This document shows, piece after piece, positions 10,833-20,990 of a stretch of DNA of 64,000 bases. Under the pieces are notes generated by a model. That model did no database searches. It was not told the origin of the DNA and saw only the letters and a program-made list of their open reading frames with translations. The position numbers and the translations under genes were made by a program. How positions within the stretch are numbered: position 1 is the stretch's first letter; the number at the start of each line of letters is the position of its first letter. This DNA is from an uncultured Aquimarina sp. (GTDB taxonomy: Bacteria > Bacteroidota > Bacteroidia > Flavobacteriales > Flavobacteriaceae), in the NCBI RefSeq assembly GCF_947495315.1, contig NZ_CANLYD010000022.1, positions 22,390 to 86,389 on the forward strand. Reading direction: 5' to 3'.

Positions 10833-11396
10833 TCAAGAAGAGCGAGTAAATAGTTTTTTATAAACTTTTCTTAAACCAAAGAACAGCAGTATTACCAAAA
10901 TAATTGCTAAGGGTGCTATAAAAATAGATATCAGAGACATCACAGATGCTGTTCCCGTTTCTACAGTTGCGATAACAGGATTTGCCAATCCTCCTGTAGT
11001 TGCTGTAGATGTTAATCTAGATGCTCCCATTGTGCTTTTTACTGTGGTTGCTGTTCCTCCACCTGCAATAATGGCCAGTGCCCAAGTTACTATAGGACTC
11101 AAATTAGCAACAGTTGATACCATAACTGCCGTACCAGCTATTGCAGCAAGTGGAATCGCTATAGTATCGAGTAAATTATCAAACCAAGGGATGTAATAAG
11201 CTAAAATTTCAACTACTGTAGCTATAGATAGAACGATTAAGGCTACATTACTCCCTACCCATTGCCAACTAGAATTTAAAGGAATAACACCATAATGACC
11301 TGCCAAACTAACTGCTAATAATGGCAGAAACACCCTAAAACCAACAGAAGCCGCTAGTCCAATTCCTAAACATATGCTTAAAATTGTTTCTTGCAT
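10833..11396 (-). CDS. Polytopic membrane protein (DUF4126-like)
   Basis: 187 aa, four to five hydrophobic segments rich in Gly/Ala/Thr. Family name from memory only. Confidence 0.45.
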   Translation of the reverse strand: MQETILSICLGIGLAASVGFRVFLPLLAVSLAGHYGVIPLNSSWQWVGSNVALIVLSIATVVEILAYYIPWFDNLLDTIAIPLAAIAGTAVMVSTVANLSPIVTWALAIIAGGGTATTVKSTMGASRLTSTATTGGLANPVIATVETGTASVMSLISIFIAPLAIILVILLFFGLRKVYKKLFTRSS

Positions 11397-11407
11397 TTAT
11401 AAATAAT

Positions 11408-12835
11408 TTAATTCTCAATAAAAAAATCGTCTTTAAACCCAATAAGATACAATTTTTCTTTAGCTCTAGTAACCGCAGTATATAACCAACGTAAATAATC
11501 TTTATTGATTCCATCCGGAAGATAAGGTTGCTCTATAAAAACCGTATCCCACTGCCCTCCTTGTGATTTATGACAGGTAATTGCATAAGAGAATTTTACT
11601 TGTAACCCATTAAAAAACTTATTGTTTTTCACTCCAAGAAACTTCTTGTATTTTGATTTTTCTCCTTCAAAATCTTTCATTACTTCCTGATACAACTTAT
11701 TGGATTCTTCATAGGACAAAGAAGGTGTTTCTGAAGTTAACGTATCCAAAATCAAAACGGTTTCCAATGGTTTTTGATCTGGATAATCCACCATAGCAAT
11801 TTTCACTTCCGCGAAACGAAAGCCATACAATTCCTTTATAGCATATATTTCCAGAATTTTGATAATATCCCCATTAGCTATAAATCCTGCATCACTCTTA
11901 TTGTCTAACCAAAAATAATTATTCTTTACAACCATCAAGTAATCTCCGGCAGAGAGTTCTTCTTCCTGAAAAAGTATTCTGGAACGAATCTGTTGGTTGT
12001 ATATATTGGCTCTTTTGTTCGACCTCAAGATAATTACCGATTCCTCGTGACCAGAACTAGCATACGAATCATTTAAGGCATCCATAATATCATGTCCATC
12101 AATCAATCTTATAATGTCAGGATACCCTTCTATATTAAATTGAAAAGACTCATAAAACCCATCATTCAGCAGTTCTCTTAATGATGTTGCATTCATTAGA
12201 ATACCACTATCTTCAGCCTGTCTTACTACTTCATCTAATTCAATTTGGGTTACATCCTTATTAAAACCCATTGATAAATTATCAGCATCCAAAGCAGGAC
12301 TTACTTCTAACCTAACTGGTGGTAACTGAGCTGTATCACCGATAAAAAGGATTTTGCAATTATGACCTGAGTACACATACATCATTAAATCATCTAATAA
12401 TGATCCATTCTCGAATAGTTTACTATCACTAGGTGTGTCTGGGATCATAGAAGCCTCATCTACTATAAATATGGTATTTCTGCTCTTGTTTTGTTTTAAT
12501 TGAAAAGCAAGACCTCCACTACTTGTTTTTTTTGGATAATAAATATTTCTGTGTATCGTTTGTGCTTGCCTACCCGAATAATTACTAATTACCTTCGCAG
12601 CGCGACCTGTAGGAGCTAATAAAACAGAATTTAATTTCGCTTTTCCCAGATTTTTGACCAAAGTTCCTATTAAAGTTGTTTTTCCTGTCCCCGCATACCC
12701 TTTTAATAAAAAAAGTGAATCTTTTGTGCCTGATAAGATAAAAGCGGAAAGCTTCTGAAGTACAATATCCTGTCTTAGAGTAGGTTCAAAAGGAAAATCG
12801 TCTTTTAATAACTGATAAAACTCTGTTTCCCTCAT
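11408..12835 (-). CDS. RecD-like superfamily-1 DNA helicase
   Basis: Walker A GYAGTGKTT, Walker B IFIVDEASM, and C-terminal ITCHKSQGGQWD plus YTAVTRAKEKL motifs. Start moved from 12946 to ATG 12835 because a TATCTTTG box lies at 12877-12884 and the divergent promoter overlaps the longer ORF. Confidence 0.8.
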   Translation of the reverse strand: MRETEFYQLLKDDFPFEPTLRQDIVLQKLSAFILSGTKDSLFLLKGYAGTGKTTLIGTLVKNLGKAKLNSVLLAPTGRAAKVISNYSGRQAQTIHRNIYYPKKTSSGGLAFQLKQNKSRNTIFIVDEASMIPDTPSDSKLFENGSLLDDLMMYVYSGHNCKILFIGDTAQLPPVRLEVSPALDADNLSMGFNKDVTQIELDEVVRQAEDSGILMNATSLRELLNDGFYESFQFNIEGYPDIIRLIDGHDIMDALNDSYASSGHEESVIILRSNKRANIYNQQIRSRILFQEEELSAGDYLMVVKNNYFWLDNKSDAGFIANGDIIKILEIYAIKELYGFRFAEVKIAMVDYPDQKPLETVLILDTLTSETPSLSYEESNKLYQEVMKDFEGEKSKYKKFLGVKNNKFFNGLQVKFSYAITCHKSQGGQWDTVFIEQPYLPDGINKDYLRWLYTAVTRAKEKLYLIGFKDDFFIEN

Positions 12836-12876
12836 GAAATATCCATAATCCTTAAATTCATATTCTGTTAATAAAT

Positions 12877-12884
12877 CAAAGATA
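12877..12884 (-). promoter_or_regulatory. Bacteroidota -7 box (TAnnTTTG) for the helicase gene
   Basis: The reverse strand reads TATCTTTG about 42 nt upstream of ATG 12835. Confidence 0.35.
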
Positions 12885-12929
12885 GTAATGATTTTTTGGC
12901 TATAAACTTTTACGATTGAAAAAAAATTG

Positions 12930-12937
12930 TAGATTTG
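12930..12937 (+). promoter_or_regulatory. Bacteroidota -7 box (TAnnTTTG)
   Basis: TAGATTTG lies 35 nt upstream of ATG 12972. Confidence 0.4.
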
Positions 12938-12971
12938 CGTATACACTAATGTCTAAAAGCTAAATTATAAA

Positions 12972-13628
12972 ATGAAAATTGTTCTTCAATTAGTTCTATG
13001 GGTAGTTATCGCAGCCTTGGGTTACATGGTATACAATTCTGTAATGGGTCCTGTACGATTCAACAAGATTAAAAAAGTGCGTTATGCAAAAGCTATCGAA
13101 AACTTAAGAGATATTCGACAAGCAGAACTAGCCCATAATACGGTAGTTGGTAGATTCGAAAAAGATCCGGCCAAGTTAATTGCTTTTATAGATACTGCTA
13201 AATTCACTCTTACTCAACGTAGAGATTCTAGTTTTATCAGATTTAATAAAATTTTACAAATAGACGAACCAAGAGATACTGTCGTAGTAGATACGCTTGG
13301 TTATGCGGCTATAAAGGATTCTTTGTTTGGAGGAAGTGATCGTTACAAAACTATGATGAATGTACCTGTAGATGGTAAAGATGCTAAGTTTGACCTTGAT
13401 GCTGGTTTTATTGATAAAAATGGAATTAGAATTAGCGTTTTTGAAGCTAAAGTATCTAAGGATATTCTATTACACGATCTAGATAAAGATTTACTATATC
13501 AGGAAAAACAAGTAAAATCTGTGGAAGGTGTAGATGGACCATTCTTATCAGTTGGTTCTATGCAAGAAGTAAATACTACCGGAAACTGGCCAAAAACTTA
13601 TGACTCAAACACAAAACAAGAAGAGTAA
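12972..13628 (+). CDS. Membrane-anchored hypothetical protein
   Basis: N-terminal TM segment (LQLVLWVVIAALGYMVY), 218 aa, no motif recognised. Confidence 0.55.
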   Translation: MKIVLQLVLWVVIAALGYMVYNSVMGPVRFNKIKKVRYAKAIENLRDIRQAELAHNTVVGRFEKDPAKLIAFIDTAKFTLTQRRDSSFIRFNKILQIDEPRDTVVVDTLGYAAIKDSLFGGSDRYKTMMNVPVDGKDAKFDLDAGFIDKNGIRISVFEAKVSKDILLHDLDKDLLYQEKQVKSVEGVDGPFLSVGSMQEVNTTGNWPKTYDSNTKQEE

Positions 13629-14433
13629 TACTTTTGGTAATACAAAATATACATTGTCCATTCAGGTAAGCCTGAATGGACTTTCTTTTTGTACAGTAAA
13701 TTCCGATAATGAGATAATTGCTTTAGAGCAAGATGATTTTGGTATACATTTATCTCCAGAACAAGTATTAGAAAAAATAAAATACAACTTCGATCACAAT
13801 ACAGATCTAATACACAACTTTGATGTTGTAGAAGTTATTTATCAGAACGATCTATATACTTGTGTTCCTAAAGCTTTGTTTAATTCTGAATCTCTAAAAG
13901 ATTATTTAAAACACAATATTAAAGTATTAGAAAATGATTTTATAGCGTATGATGAATTGGATCAACACGAAATAGTGACCGTTTATATCCCGTACACCAA
14001 TATTAATAATTTCTTTTTTGAAACTTTCGGATCATTTACCTACAAACACGCTTCAACGATACTCGTCGATAATGTTTTATCAAAAGAGAAGAATAGTGAA
14101 ACTACGAGAGTTTTTGCACATATGAATTCTAAAACATTTGATCTCGTAATTACTAATAAAGGAAAACTGCTATTGAGTAATTCATATATTTATGAAACCA
14201 GTGAAGATTTTTTATATTATACAATGTTTGCTGCAGAGCAATTAAGATTGAATCCAGAAGAGTTTAAATTAGTTTTCTTAGGTGATATTTCGAAAAACAG
14301 CCCTTGTTACACCATTGCACACAAATACATACGTCATGTGGATTTTGGGAATAGAAACAACGATACCAAATTCTCTGAAGCTTTACCTCCTATTGATGAT
14401 CACCAACATTTTGTTTTATTAAATCATTTTTAG
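13600..14433 (+). CDS. Conserved hypothetical protein (DUF3822-like, usual upstream partner of rsmD in Bacteroidota)
   Basis: 277-aa ORF immediately upstream of rsmD. Family assignment rests on remembered synteny and is not verified. Confidence 0.5.
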   Translation: MTQTQNKKSNTFGNTKYTLSIQVSLNGLSFCTVNSDNEIIALEQDDFGIHLSPEQVLEKIKYNFDHNTDLIHNFDVVEVIYQNDLYTCVPKALFNSESLKDYLKHNIKVLENDFIAYDELDQHEIVTVYIPYTNINNFFFETFGSFTYKHASTILVDNVLSKEKNSETTRVFAHMNSKTFDLVITNKGKLLLSNSYIYETSEDFLYYTMFAAEQLRLNPEEFKLVFLGDISKNSPCYTIAHKYIRHVDFGNRNNDTKFSEALPPIDDHQHFVLLNHF

Positions 14434-14434
14434 T

Positions 14435-14980
14435 ATGCGAATTATCTCCGGAAAGTATAAAGGAAAAAGATTACAGGCTCCCAAAAGATTACCTGTGCGG
14501 CCTACAACTGATATGGCCAAAGAAGGATTGTTTAACATCCTTAATCATCATTATGTATTTTCTCAGGTTACACTGCTTGATCTTTTTGCCGGAACAGGTA
14601 ATATTAGCTATGAATTTGCCTCACGCGGTGCAGAACATATTACAGCCGTTGATACGCACTATGCCTGTGTTGGCTATATAAAAAGTATAGCCAAAGAGCT
14701 TGATTTCGATATCGATACCATAAAAAGTGATGTATATCATTATCTGGGAAAAGTAAAACGGAAATCAGATATTATCTTTGCTGATCCACCTTATGACTTT
14801 ACGAATGAGCAGTTTACAAAAATTGCCGAATTAGTTTTTGAGCACGATTTACTCAACGAAGATGGTGTTTTGATCATAGAACACTCTAAGCACACCAAAC
14901 TGGATGATGTTGCCAACTTTAGCAATGCTCGCAAATATGGAGGTTCTGTTTTTAGTTTTTTTGAAAAAAAATCACCTTAA
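14435..14980 (+). CDS. rsmD: 16S rRNA (guanine966-N2)-methyltransferase RsmD
   Basis: MRIISGKYKGKRL start, SAM-binding LDLFAGTG, catalytic DPPY. Confidence 0.9.
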   Translation: MRIISGKYKGKRLQAPKRLPVRPTTDMAKEGLFNILNHHYVFSQVTLLDLFAGTGNISYEFASRGAEHITAVDTHYACVGYIKSIAKELDFDIDTIKSDVYHYLGKVKRKSDIIFADPPYDFTNEQFTKIAELVFEHDLLNEDGVLIIEHSKHTKLDDVANFSNARKYGGSVFSFFEKKSP

Positions 14981-15197
14981 ATCATTCTTTTTCAAGGTTA
15001 ACCTCTTAAAAAGACCATCCTTTTACACAGTTACTAGAATTAACAAACTATTCTTCTAAGGAGCTATTATGTTAAAAAATAATATTATTTATTTTTTGAT
15101 GGTAACAAAGTTGCTACTTATGACACTATTCAATGTAGCATCACTCAAATAACATCAATAATATAAACATCAGAACCTTAGGAATATAAAAAAAGTA

Positions 15198-15205
15198 TAT
15201 TTTTG
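15198..15205 (+). promoter_or_regulatory. Bacteroidota -7 box (TAnnTTTG) ahead of the pilin gene
   Basis: TATTTTTG lies 31 nt upstream of ATG 15236, after a 255-nt intergenic gap. Confidence 0.4.
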
Positions 15206-15235
15206 CACACCTAAAAATAAACTATCAATTAATTT

Positions 15236-15649
15236 ATGAATAATAAATATAAGATATACAAAATCAAAGCATTTAACCTTCAGGAAATGCTTTTGGTTTT
15301 AGCAATTATAGGAATATTATTACTAATAGCATTACCAAACTTCTTACCCCTTATTGCGCAAACCAAAGCACAAGAAGCTAAAATACAATTGAAAACAATT
15401 AGTAATATGCAAACTCAGTATAGGTATCTTAATTCTAAGTATTCTTTAGACTTTAATGAAATAAATTATGAAGCTCCGAACACAGTAAAAAATGGAGGTA
15501 CTGCGAACTACAGTTATGAAATCCTCGAAGCGTCTATTTCTAATTTCAAGGCTAGAGCAACGGCTGTAGTAGATTTTGATGGTGACGGAGTATTTAATAT
15601 CTGGGAGATTGACGAAAACGGAAGCCCCAAACAAATTACTAAGGACTAA
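15236..15649 (+). CDS. Major (pseudo)pilin with class-III-type signal peptide
   Basis: Leader MNNKYKIYKIKA, then FNLQEMLLVLAIIGILLLIALP with Glu at +5. No Cys in the protein. C-terminal DFDGDGVFNIWEIDENG is a Ca-binding-like loop, as in T2SS major pseudopilins. Confidence 0.8.
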   Translation: MNNKYKIYKIKAFNLQEMLLVLAIIGILLLIALPNFLPLIAQTKAQEAKIQLKTISNMQTQYRYLNSKYSLDFNEINYEAPNTVKNGGTANYSYEILEASISNFKARATAVVDFDGDGVFNIWEIDENGSPKQITKD

Positions 15650-16131
15650 TGCTGATTCTAAAAGGACTTATAATTTTGAATTTAGGATATATTACACAAC
15701 AAGATCTCCGCAATCGAGAAGTCTACTGGTTTTTATTTCCAAGCCTCACTATTTTACTAGGATTCTTTCATTATCACAATGTACTCCCGCTTCATTTTAA
15801 AAATACTATTTTAATGAATACAGGACTAATACTTTCAATACTCTTGGTACTTTATCTATATACACTAATACGAATAAAACGTCCATTTTTTAAAGAAGTA
15901 TTCGGTATAGGAGACGCTTTGTTCTTTTTAGCCTTAGCAATCGCTTTTCCAACCATAACTTTTATTATACTGTTTGTATTTTCTCTACTGTTTTCTTTAG
16001 GGATTTGGTTAATCGCAAAAAACAACACCAAGTACAACACTATCCCATTAGCCGGATATATGTCTTTATTTTTAATACTAATTTTTATGGGTAGTTGGAT
16101 TACACATAAAATTAACCTGTATTTACTATAA
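15649..16131 (+). CDS. Minimal A24-family prepilin peptidase
   Basis: 160-aa polytopic protein with the two Asp motifs QQDLRNRE and GIGDALF. Lacks the N-terminal methyltransferase region of PilD. Start overlaps the pilin stop. Confidence 0.65.
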   Translation: MLILKGLIILNLGYITQQDLRNREVYWFLFPSLTILLGFFHYHNVLPLHFKNTILMNTGLILSILLVLYLYTLIRIKRPFFKEVFGIGDALFFLALAIAFPTITFIILFVFSLLFSLGIWLIAKNNTKYNTIPLAGYMSLFLILIFMGSWITHKINLYLL

Positions 16132-17546
16132 TGAAAACAAAATCTTTCGAAATACCGGTTCATATCAAACAGCTGATTACTCCAAATCAAGCATTTCATT
16201 ATAGAATAATTCCATTTTCTAAAGAAGATGATACGATACAATTCAAAACAGATTCAGAAAATCTAGATAATCTTCAAAAAGAGCTTTCTATAATTCTCAA
16301 TCAAGAGGTTGTACTCATACCAGAAACACAAGAAAACTTACAATCATATCTTACACTAAATTATAGAAAAACAACCGCTAGCTCTAATCAAAAACTACAT
16401 TATGAAGACAATTTTTTACAAAAATTAATTACAACTGCAAAAGATTTTGGCAGTAGTGATATTCATATGGAACCCTATGAAAAATTTTGTAGAGTACGAT
16501 TAAGACTGGATGGAAAATTGAAAGAGCAGTATACTATTAGTAATAAAGAATATCCTCAACTAGTTAACCAAATCAAGATACAATCAGGATTGGATATTTC
16601 ACAAAAAAGACTGGCTCAAGATGGGCGAATTACCTTTAAAAATGGTTCTGAAGAGTTTGATATTAGGGTATCCACAATGCCTACACTATATGGAGAAAAA
16701 ATTGTATTGCGATTATTAAGTAGAGACACACAAGACGTACAACTTAATGATCTTGGATTTACTAATAAAGAACTAGAATTATATAGAGAAGCCACCAAAA
16801 AACCACAAGGAATTATCTTAATATCGGGTCCAACTGGTTCTGGAAAAACGACAACGCTGTATGCTACTTTAAAAGAGCTTAACAAAGAAGTTTCTAATAT
16901 TTTAACTATAGAAGACCCAATTGAGTACACCTTAGAAGGTATAAATCAGGTACAACTTAGAGAAGATATAGAATTTGATTTTCCGGCGGCGCTTCGAGCT
17001 TTTTTACGTCAGGATCCAGACATAATTATGGTTGGTGAGATTAGAGACGACAAAACCGCTAGTATGGCTATTAAAGCAGCATTGACTGGTCATTTAGTCT
17101 TATCCACAATACATACCAACTCTGCTTGGGCTACTATCTCCAGGCTTATTGATATGAAAGTTCCATCTTTTTTATTAGCAAGTACACTGACAATGAGTAT
17201 TGCGCAGCGACTTGTGCGCAAGCTGTGTCTGCATTGTAAAATAGAGAAGAAATCAGAAACCAAAGATTTTCCTTTAGGATATGATATTCCTGAAGAAATA
17301 AAGACACATTATATCGCAACTGGTTGCAATCATTGTTATCAAACGGGATATTTTGGTAGAAAAGCAATATATGAACTACTACCTATTACCAAACAATTAG
17401 AGACCGCAATACGTCATAATGAGTTGCAAATTGATGACTACATTGCCACCCAAAATATTGATACGCTACAAATTAATGCAATACGCCTGGTAAGGGAAGG
17501 TGTAACTTCTGTAGAAGAAGTATATGCGTTATTGGCAAACAACTAA
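16131..17546 (+). CDS. gspE: GspE/PilB-family secretion ATPase
   Basis: Walker A GPTGSGKTTT, Walker B DPDIIMVGEIRD, His box TGHLVLSTIHTN, tetra-Cys motif CLHCK...CNHC. Confidence 0.9.
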   Translation: MKTKSFEIPVHIKQLITPNQAFHYRIIPFSKEDDTIQFKTDSENLDNLQKELSIILNQEVVLIPETQENLQSYLTLNYRKTTASSNQKLHYEDNFLQKLITTAKDFGSSDIHMEPYEKFCRVRLRLDGKLKEQYTISNKEYPQLVNQIKIQSGLDISQKRLAQDGRITFKNGSEEFDIRVSTMPTLYGEKIVLRLLSRDTQDVQLNDLGFTNKELELYREATKKPQGIILISGPTGSGKTTTLYATLKELNKEVSNILTIEDPIEYTLEGINQVQLREDIEFDFPAALRAFLRQDPDIIMVGEIRDDKTASMAIKAALTGHLVLSTIHTNSAWATISRLIDMKVPSFLLASTLTMSIAQRLVRKLCLHCKIEKKSETKDFPLGYDIPEEIKTHYIATGCNHCYQTGYFGRKAIYELLPITKQLETAIRHNELQIDDYIATQNIDTLQINAIRLVREGVTSVEEVYALLANN

Positions 17547-17550
17547 TACT

Positions 17551-19785
17551 ATGAAAAAAAACATACTTTTAATATGTTTCATTTTTAATTTTGGAATACT
17601 ATCCTATGCTCAAGATACTTTTCAAAATCAATCTGAAAACAACACCAGAATTGCTACACTGGAAAATAAATTACAATTACTAAGTGTAGAGATTCCTGGT
17701 TTAACAGAAAAAATAAACGTAAACATTTCTAATACTACGCTAGTTAATTTTTTAAGAGCAGTTTCGCAGGTTCATAAAATTAATATTAATCTTTCTGATC
17801 AACTTAACTCTATTAACATAATTAATGGTTTTAACGATGTTACTGTACAAGACTTGTTGATTTTCCTGGTTAAAGAATATCAACTCGACATTCAATTTAC
17901 TGGCAACATACTATCTATAAAAAAGTACGCTCCACCTACAGAAGTAGTAAAGGAGAAGGAACTCATCATTAATTATGATTTGGCAGCAGGTACTATATCA
18001 ACAGACCTAAGAAACGATCCATTGCCTAAAGTATTCAGAAAAATAACAGAAGTTTCAGGCAAAAACCTACTATACACTCCAGAATTAAACGCTAAAAACC
18101 TGTCATTATATCTAAGTAATGTACCAATTGAAGTTGCATTACAAAAACTAGCAGAAACCAATGATTTGGATTTTAATAAAACCAGAGATGGGTTTTATGA
18201 ATTTGAAAGCATTCCTGGTTTAAATGATGGTTCAAACAATTCTAGTTCCAGAAGCCGAAGAAATAGACGAAACGTTAACTATAAGATTGTAGACACATTA
18301 AATAGAGTATTATCCGTTGATTTAAAAAATTCTTCCGTTGGAGAACTTATTAATAATCTATCAGAAGACTTGAAACTAAATATTTTTACAGCTTCTCCAC
18401 TAGAGAATGCTGGTAATGTTACTGTAAAAGCAGAAGCCATTAGTTTTGATGATTTACTAATCAAAATTTTTGAAAGTAATTCTAATGCTGCAACGCAAAA
18501 TCCTGCACCAAATAATCAAAACAACAGAAATAATAGTCCTAATCAACAAGGAGGTTTTCAAAGTAGTCCCACTACTCCAACGTCTAATAATTTCACCTTC
18601 AAAAAAGAAGGAGATGTTTATTATTTTGGAACAGAAAATCAATTGACCATCAAAAAAATAGAGATGGTTCAGATGATGCACCGATCGATTGCTATGTTGG
18701 GTGATGCCAACCCTGCGGGAGGACTAGGAGGAAATAGTTTTGGAAACAATAATTTTGTAACTGGAGGAACCAATTTCTTTGGAAATCAAGGAAACTCTAA
18801 TCTTAATCAAAATAGAGGTAATAATAGAAATCAAGTAGGATTGAACTCCGGAACATCAAGAAACTCCTCGAGCACTAGCACTAACAGTGCACAGGCTGGA
18901 TCTATTTCAGATATTTTTCCTGCTTCTATAACAGAAGGGCTAGATATTAAAATAGATACTGAACTAAACAGCTTTGTAGTAAGTGGATCTGGAACAAGAG
19001 TAGAAAAATTTAAAAATTTCATAAAATATATAGACAAACCTGTTCCACTCATACTAATTGAAGTTATGATTCTGGAAGTTAGCAAAAGTGCAACTGTAGA
19101 AACAGGCGTAGAATTTGGAATAGGCAAAGAACCCACCACTACAGAAGGAGCTACTTTTCCAAATACGAATATCACTCTTGGCGCACAAACAATCAATAGA
19201 ATTATAGGTGGCTTTGATGGTTTTGGATCCTTAAACCTTGGTAATGTGGTTCCTAATTTCTATATGGATATAAAGGCTATGGAGTCTAACGGAAATGTAA
19301 AAATATTGTCCACGCCAAAACTAAGTACATTAAATGGTCATAAAGCTTATTTGTCTAGCGGACAGACAACGTATTATGCAGTTACTAGTCAGAACATTTT
19401 TGGATCACAAAATCCTCAGACTTCAGAAATCGTCAATTACCAACCTATAGATGCAGAATTAGCCTTAGAATTTAAACCTTTTGTTTCCGGAGATGGTCAG
19501 ATTACGCTGGATATACAAGTGATACAATCTAATTTTAGTGGTGAGCGTATTGCAGAAGATGCTCCACCGGATATTAATAGCAGACGATTTTCGTCTATTA
19601 TGCGAATGCAGGCCAATGATGTAGCAATTTTAGGAGGTATTGAGGAAAAAGTAAAGAATGATTCCGGATCAGGAACACCTATATTATCTCGTATTCCTAT
19701 AATCAAATGGCTATTCAGTAAAAGAAGAAGAGAAGACTCTAGGAAAAAATTAAATGTAATTATAAAACCCACCGTGTTTTATTAA
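17551..19785 (+). CDS. gspD: Secretin (GspD/PilQ family) with long N/Q/G/S-rich linkers
   Basis: Signal peptide from ATG 17551. C-terminal secretin domain (ILSTPKLSTLNGHKAYL, GTPILSRIPIIKWLF). The ORF-track start 17524 overlaps the ATPase gene. Confidence 0.85.
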   Translation: MKKNILLICFIFNFGILSYAQDTFQNQSENNTRIATLENKLQLLSVEIPGLTEKINVNISNTTLVNFLRAVSQVHKININLSDQLNSINIINGFNDVTVQDLLIFLVKEYQLDIQFTGNILSIKKYAPPTEVVKEKELIINYDLAAGTISTDLRNDPLPKVFRKITEVSGKNLLYTPELNAKNLSLYLSNVPIEVALQKLAETNDLDFNKTRDGFYEFESIPGLNDGSNNSSSRSRRNRRNVNYKIVDTLNRVLSVDLKNSSVGELINNLSEDLKLNIFTASPLENAGNVTVKAEAISFDDLLIKIFESNSNAATQNPAPNNQNNRNNSPNQQGGFQSSPTTPTSNNFTFKKEGDVYYFGTENQLTIKKIEMVQMMHRSIAMLGDANPAGGLGGNSFGNNNFVTGGTNFFGNQGNSNLNQNRGNNRNQVGLNSGTSRNSSSTSTNSAQAGSISDIFPASITEGLDIKIDTELNSFVVSGSGTRVEKFKNFIKYIDKPVPLILIEVMILEVSKSATVETGVEFGIGKEPTTTEGATFPNTNITLGAQTINRIIGGFDGFGSLNLGNVVPNFYMDIKAMESNGNVKILSTPKLSTLNGHKAYLSSGQTTYYAVTSQNIFGSQNPQTSEIVNYQPIDAELALEFKPFVSGDGQITLDIQVIQSNFSGERIAEDAPPDINSRRFSSIMRMQANDVAILGGIEEKVKNDSGSGTPILSRIPIIKWLFSKRRREDSRKKLNVIIKPTVFY

Positions 19786-20990
19786 TGGGAGCATCATTAT
19801 TATCATATAATCCAATAAAAAAGTCTTTTCTTGCTTTTGAGCAATCAGAACGAGAAAACAATCCCATAATCATCGGGATCGAGGTAGAACAGAAGAAAGA
19901 TGAGCTAGATGTTATTCAACATTTCGTTCTAAAAGATCTTACTATGCTATCTCAGTATATTAAGATTACTACAAAAGCAAATCTTAGTATTACTGATAGT
20001 AATGTATTAAGTAAAGAGATACTCTCTACTGGCACTGATCAAGAAATTCTAACTGAAGCTTATCCTAATCTGGATCTAAATGATTTTTATTACCAAATCT
20101 TAAAGACTTCAGAAAAGTCTTTTGTTGCAATTTGTAGAAAACAATATGTCGACACACTCATTTCAGCCTATAAAAAAGTAAATATTCAGATCACTAATAT
20201 TGATTTGGGAGATCTTAGAATCTCATCATTATTATCTTATTTTCGGGACACAGAATTATTAACATATTCTTCTACTATCCTAAGTAACAATGGCGAAATT
20301 TCCTCAATTGAATCCAACAATAGTAGTATTGAAGAATACAAAATTGAAACTATAGTTATTCCCAGTACGCATACATTACCTTTTGCGTGTATTCTGGATA
20401 CGGTGACCAATCAAACCTCTATTTCCGGCAATACTGAGGAGAAAAACGCAGAACTTCTACACACCTATAAAGAATCTCAATTCTTTAAGAAAACACTACA
20501 ATACGGAATTGGTTTTTTGCTAATCTCATTGTTAATCAACTTTTTTGTCTTTAATAGCAAGTATACAGCCTGGCAAGAATTACAAGAAGAGCAGCAAATA
20601 TATAGTACTCAAAAAAAAGGGATTGAAAAACAACAATCAATTGTTAATACGAAAGAGGCGATTGTACAAAGTATTGTAAATACAGGGTTCTCTAAAAGTT
20701 CATATTATATAGATCAAATTATACAATCGTTACCAACAACGGTAACGCTAAATTCTTTTACATATCAACCGATTGCAAAGACCATACGCACTGAAAAACC
20801 TATTGTTATTAGAGAGCGCACCCTTTTAATCACAGGTAATTCATCAGACAAAGCTGCTTTTACAGCCTGGTTAGATAGCATAGAAGATGTATCCTTTGTA
20901 AAGGCAACCACAATTAATTATGGATGGGATAAAAAAAATACGTCCGCATTCGAAATAGCAATTAATCTAATTGATGACACAGAAAAATAA
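19785..20990 (+). CDS. Bitopic assembly protein, PilM-PilN fusion / GspL-like
   Basis: About 230-aa cytoplasmic part, one TM segment (GIGFLLISLLINFFVF), a coiled-coil stretch (WQELQEEQQIYSTQKK), then a ~100-aa periplasmic domain. ATG overlaps the secretin stop. Assignment is by architecture and position only. Confidence 0.45.
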   Translation: MGASLLSYNPIKKSFLAFEQSERENNPIIIGIEVEQKKDELDVIQHFVLKDLTMLSQYIKITTKANLSITDSNVLSKEILSTGTDQEILTEAYPNLDLNDFYYQILKTSEKSFVAICRKQYVDTLISAYKKVNIQITNIDLGDLRISSLLSYFRDTELLTYSSTILSNNGEISSIESNNSSIEEYKIETIVIPSTHTLPFACILDTVTNQTSISGNTEEKNAELLHTYKESQFFKKTLQYGIGFLLISLLINFFVFNSKYTAWQELQEEQQIYSTQKKGIEKQQSIVNTKEAIVQSIVNTGFSKSSYYIDQIIQSLPTTVTLNSFTYQPIAKTIRTEKPIVIRERTLLITGNSSDKAAFTAWLDSIEDVSFVKATTINYGWDKKNTSAFEIAINLIDDTEK

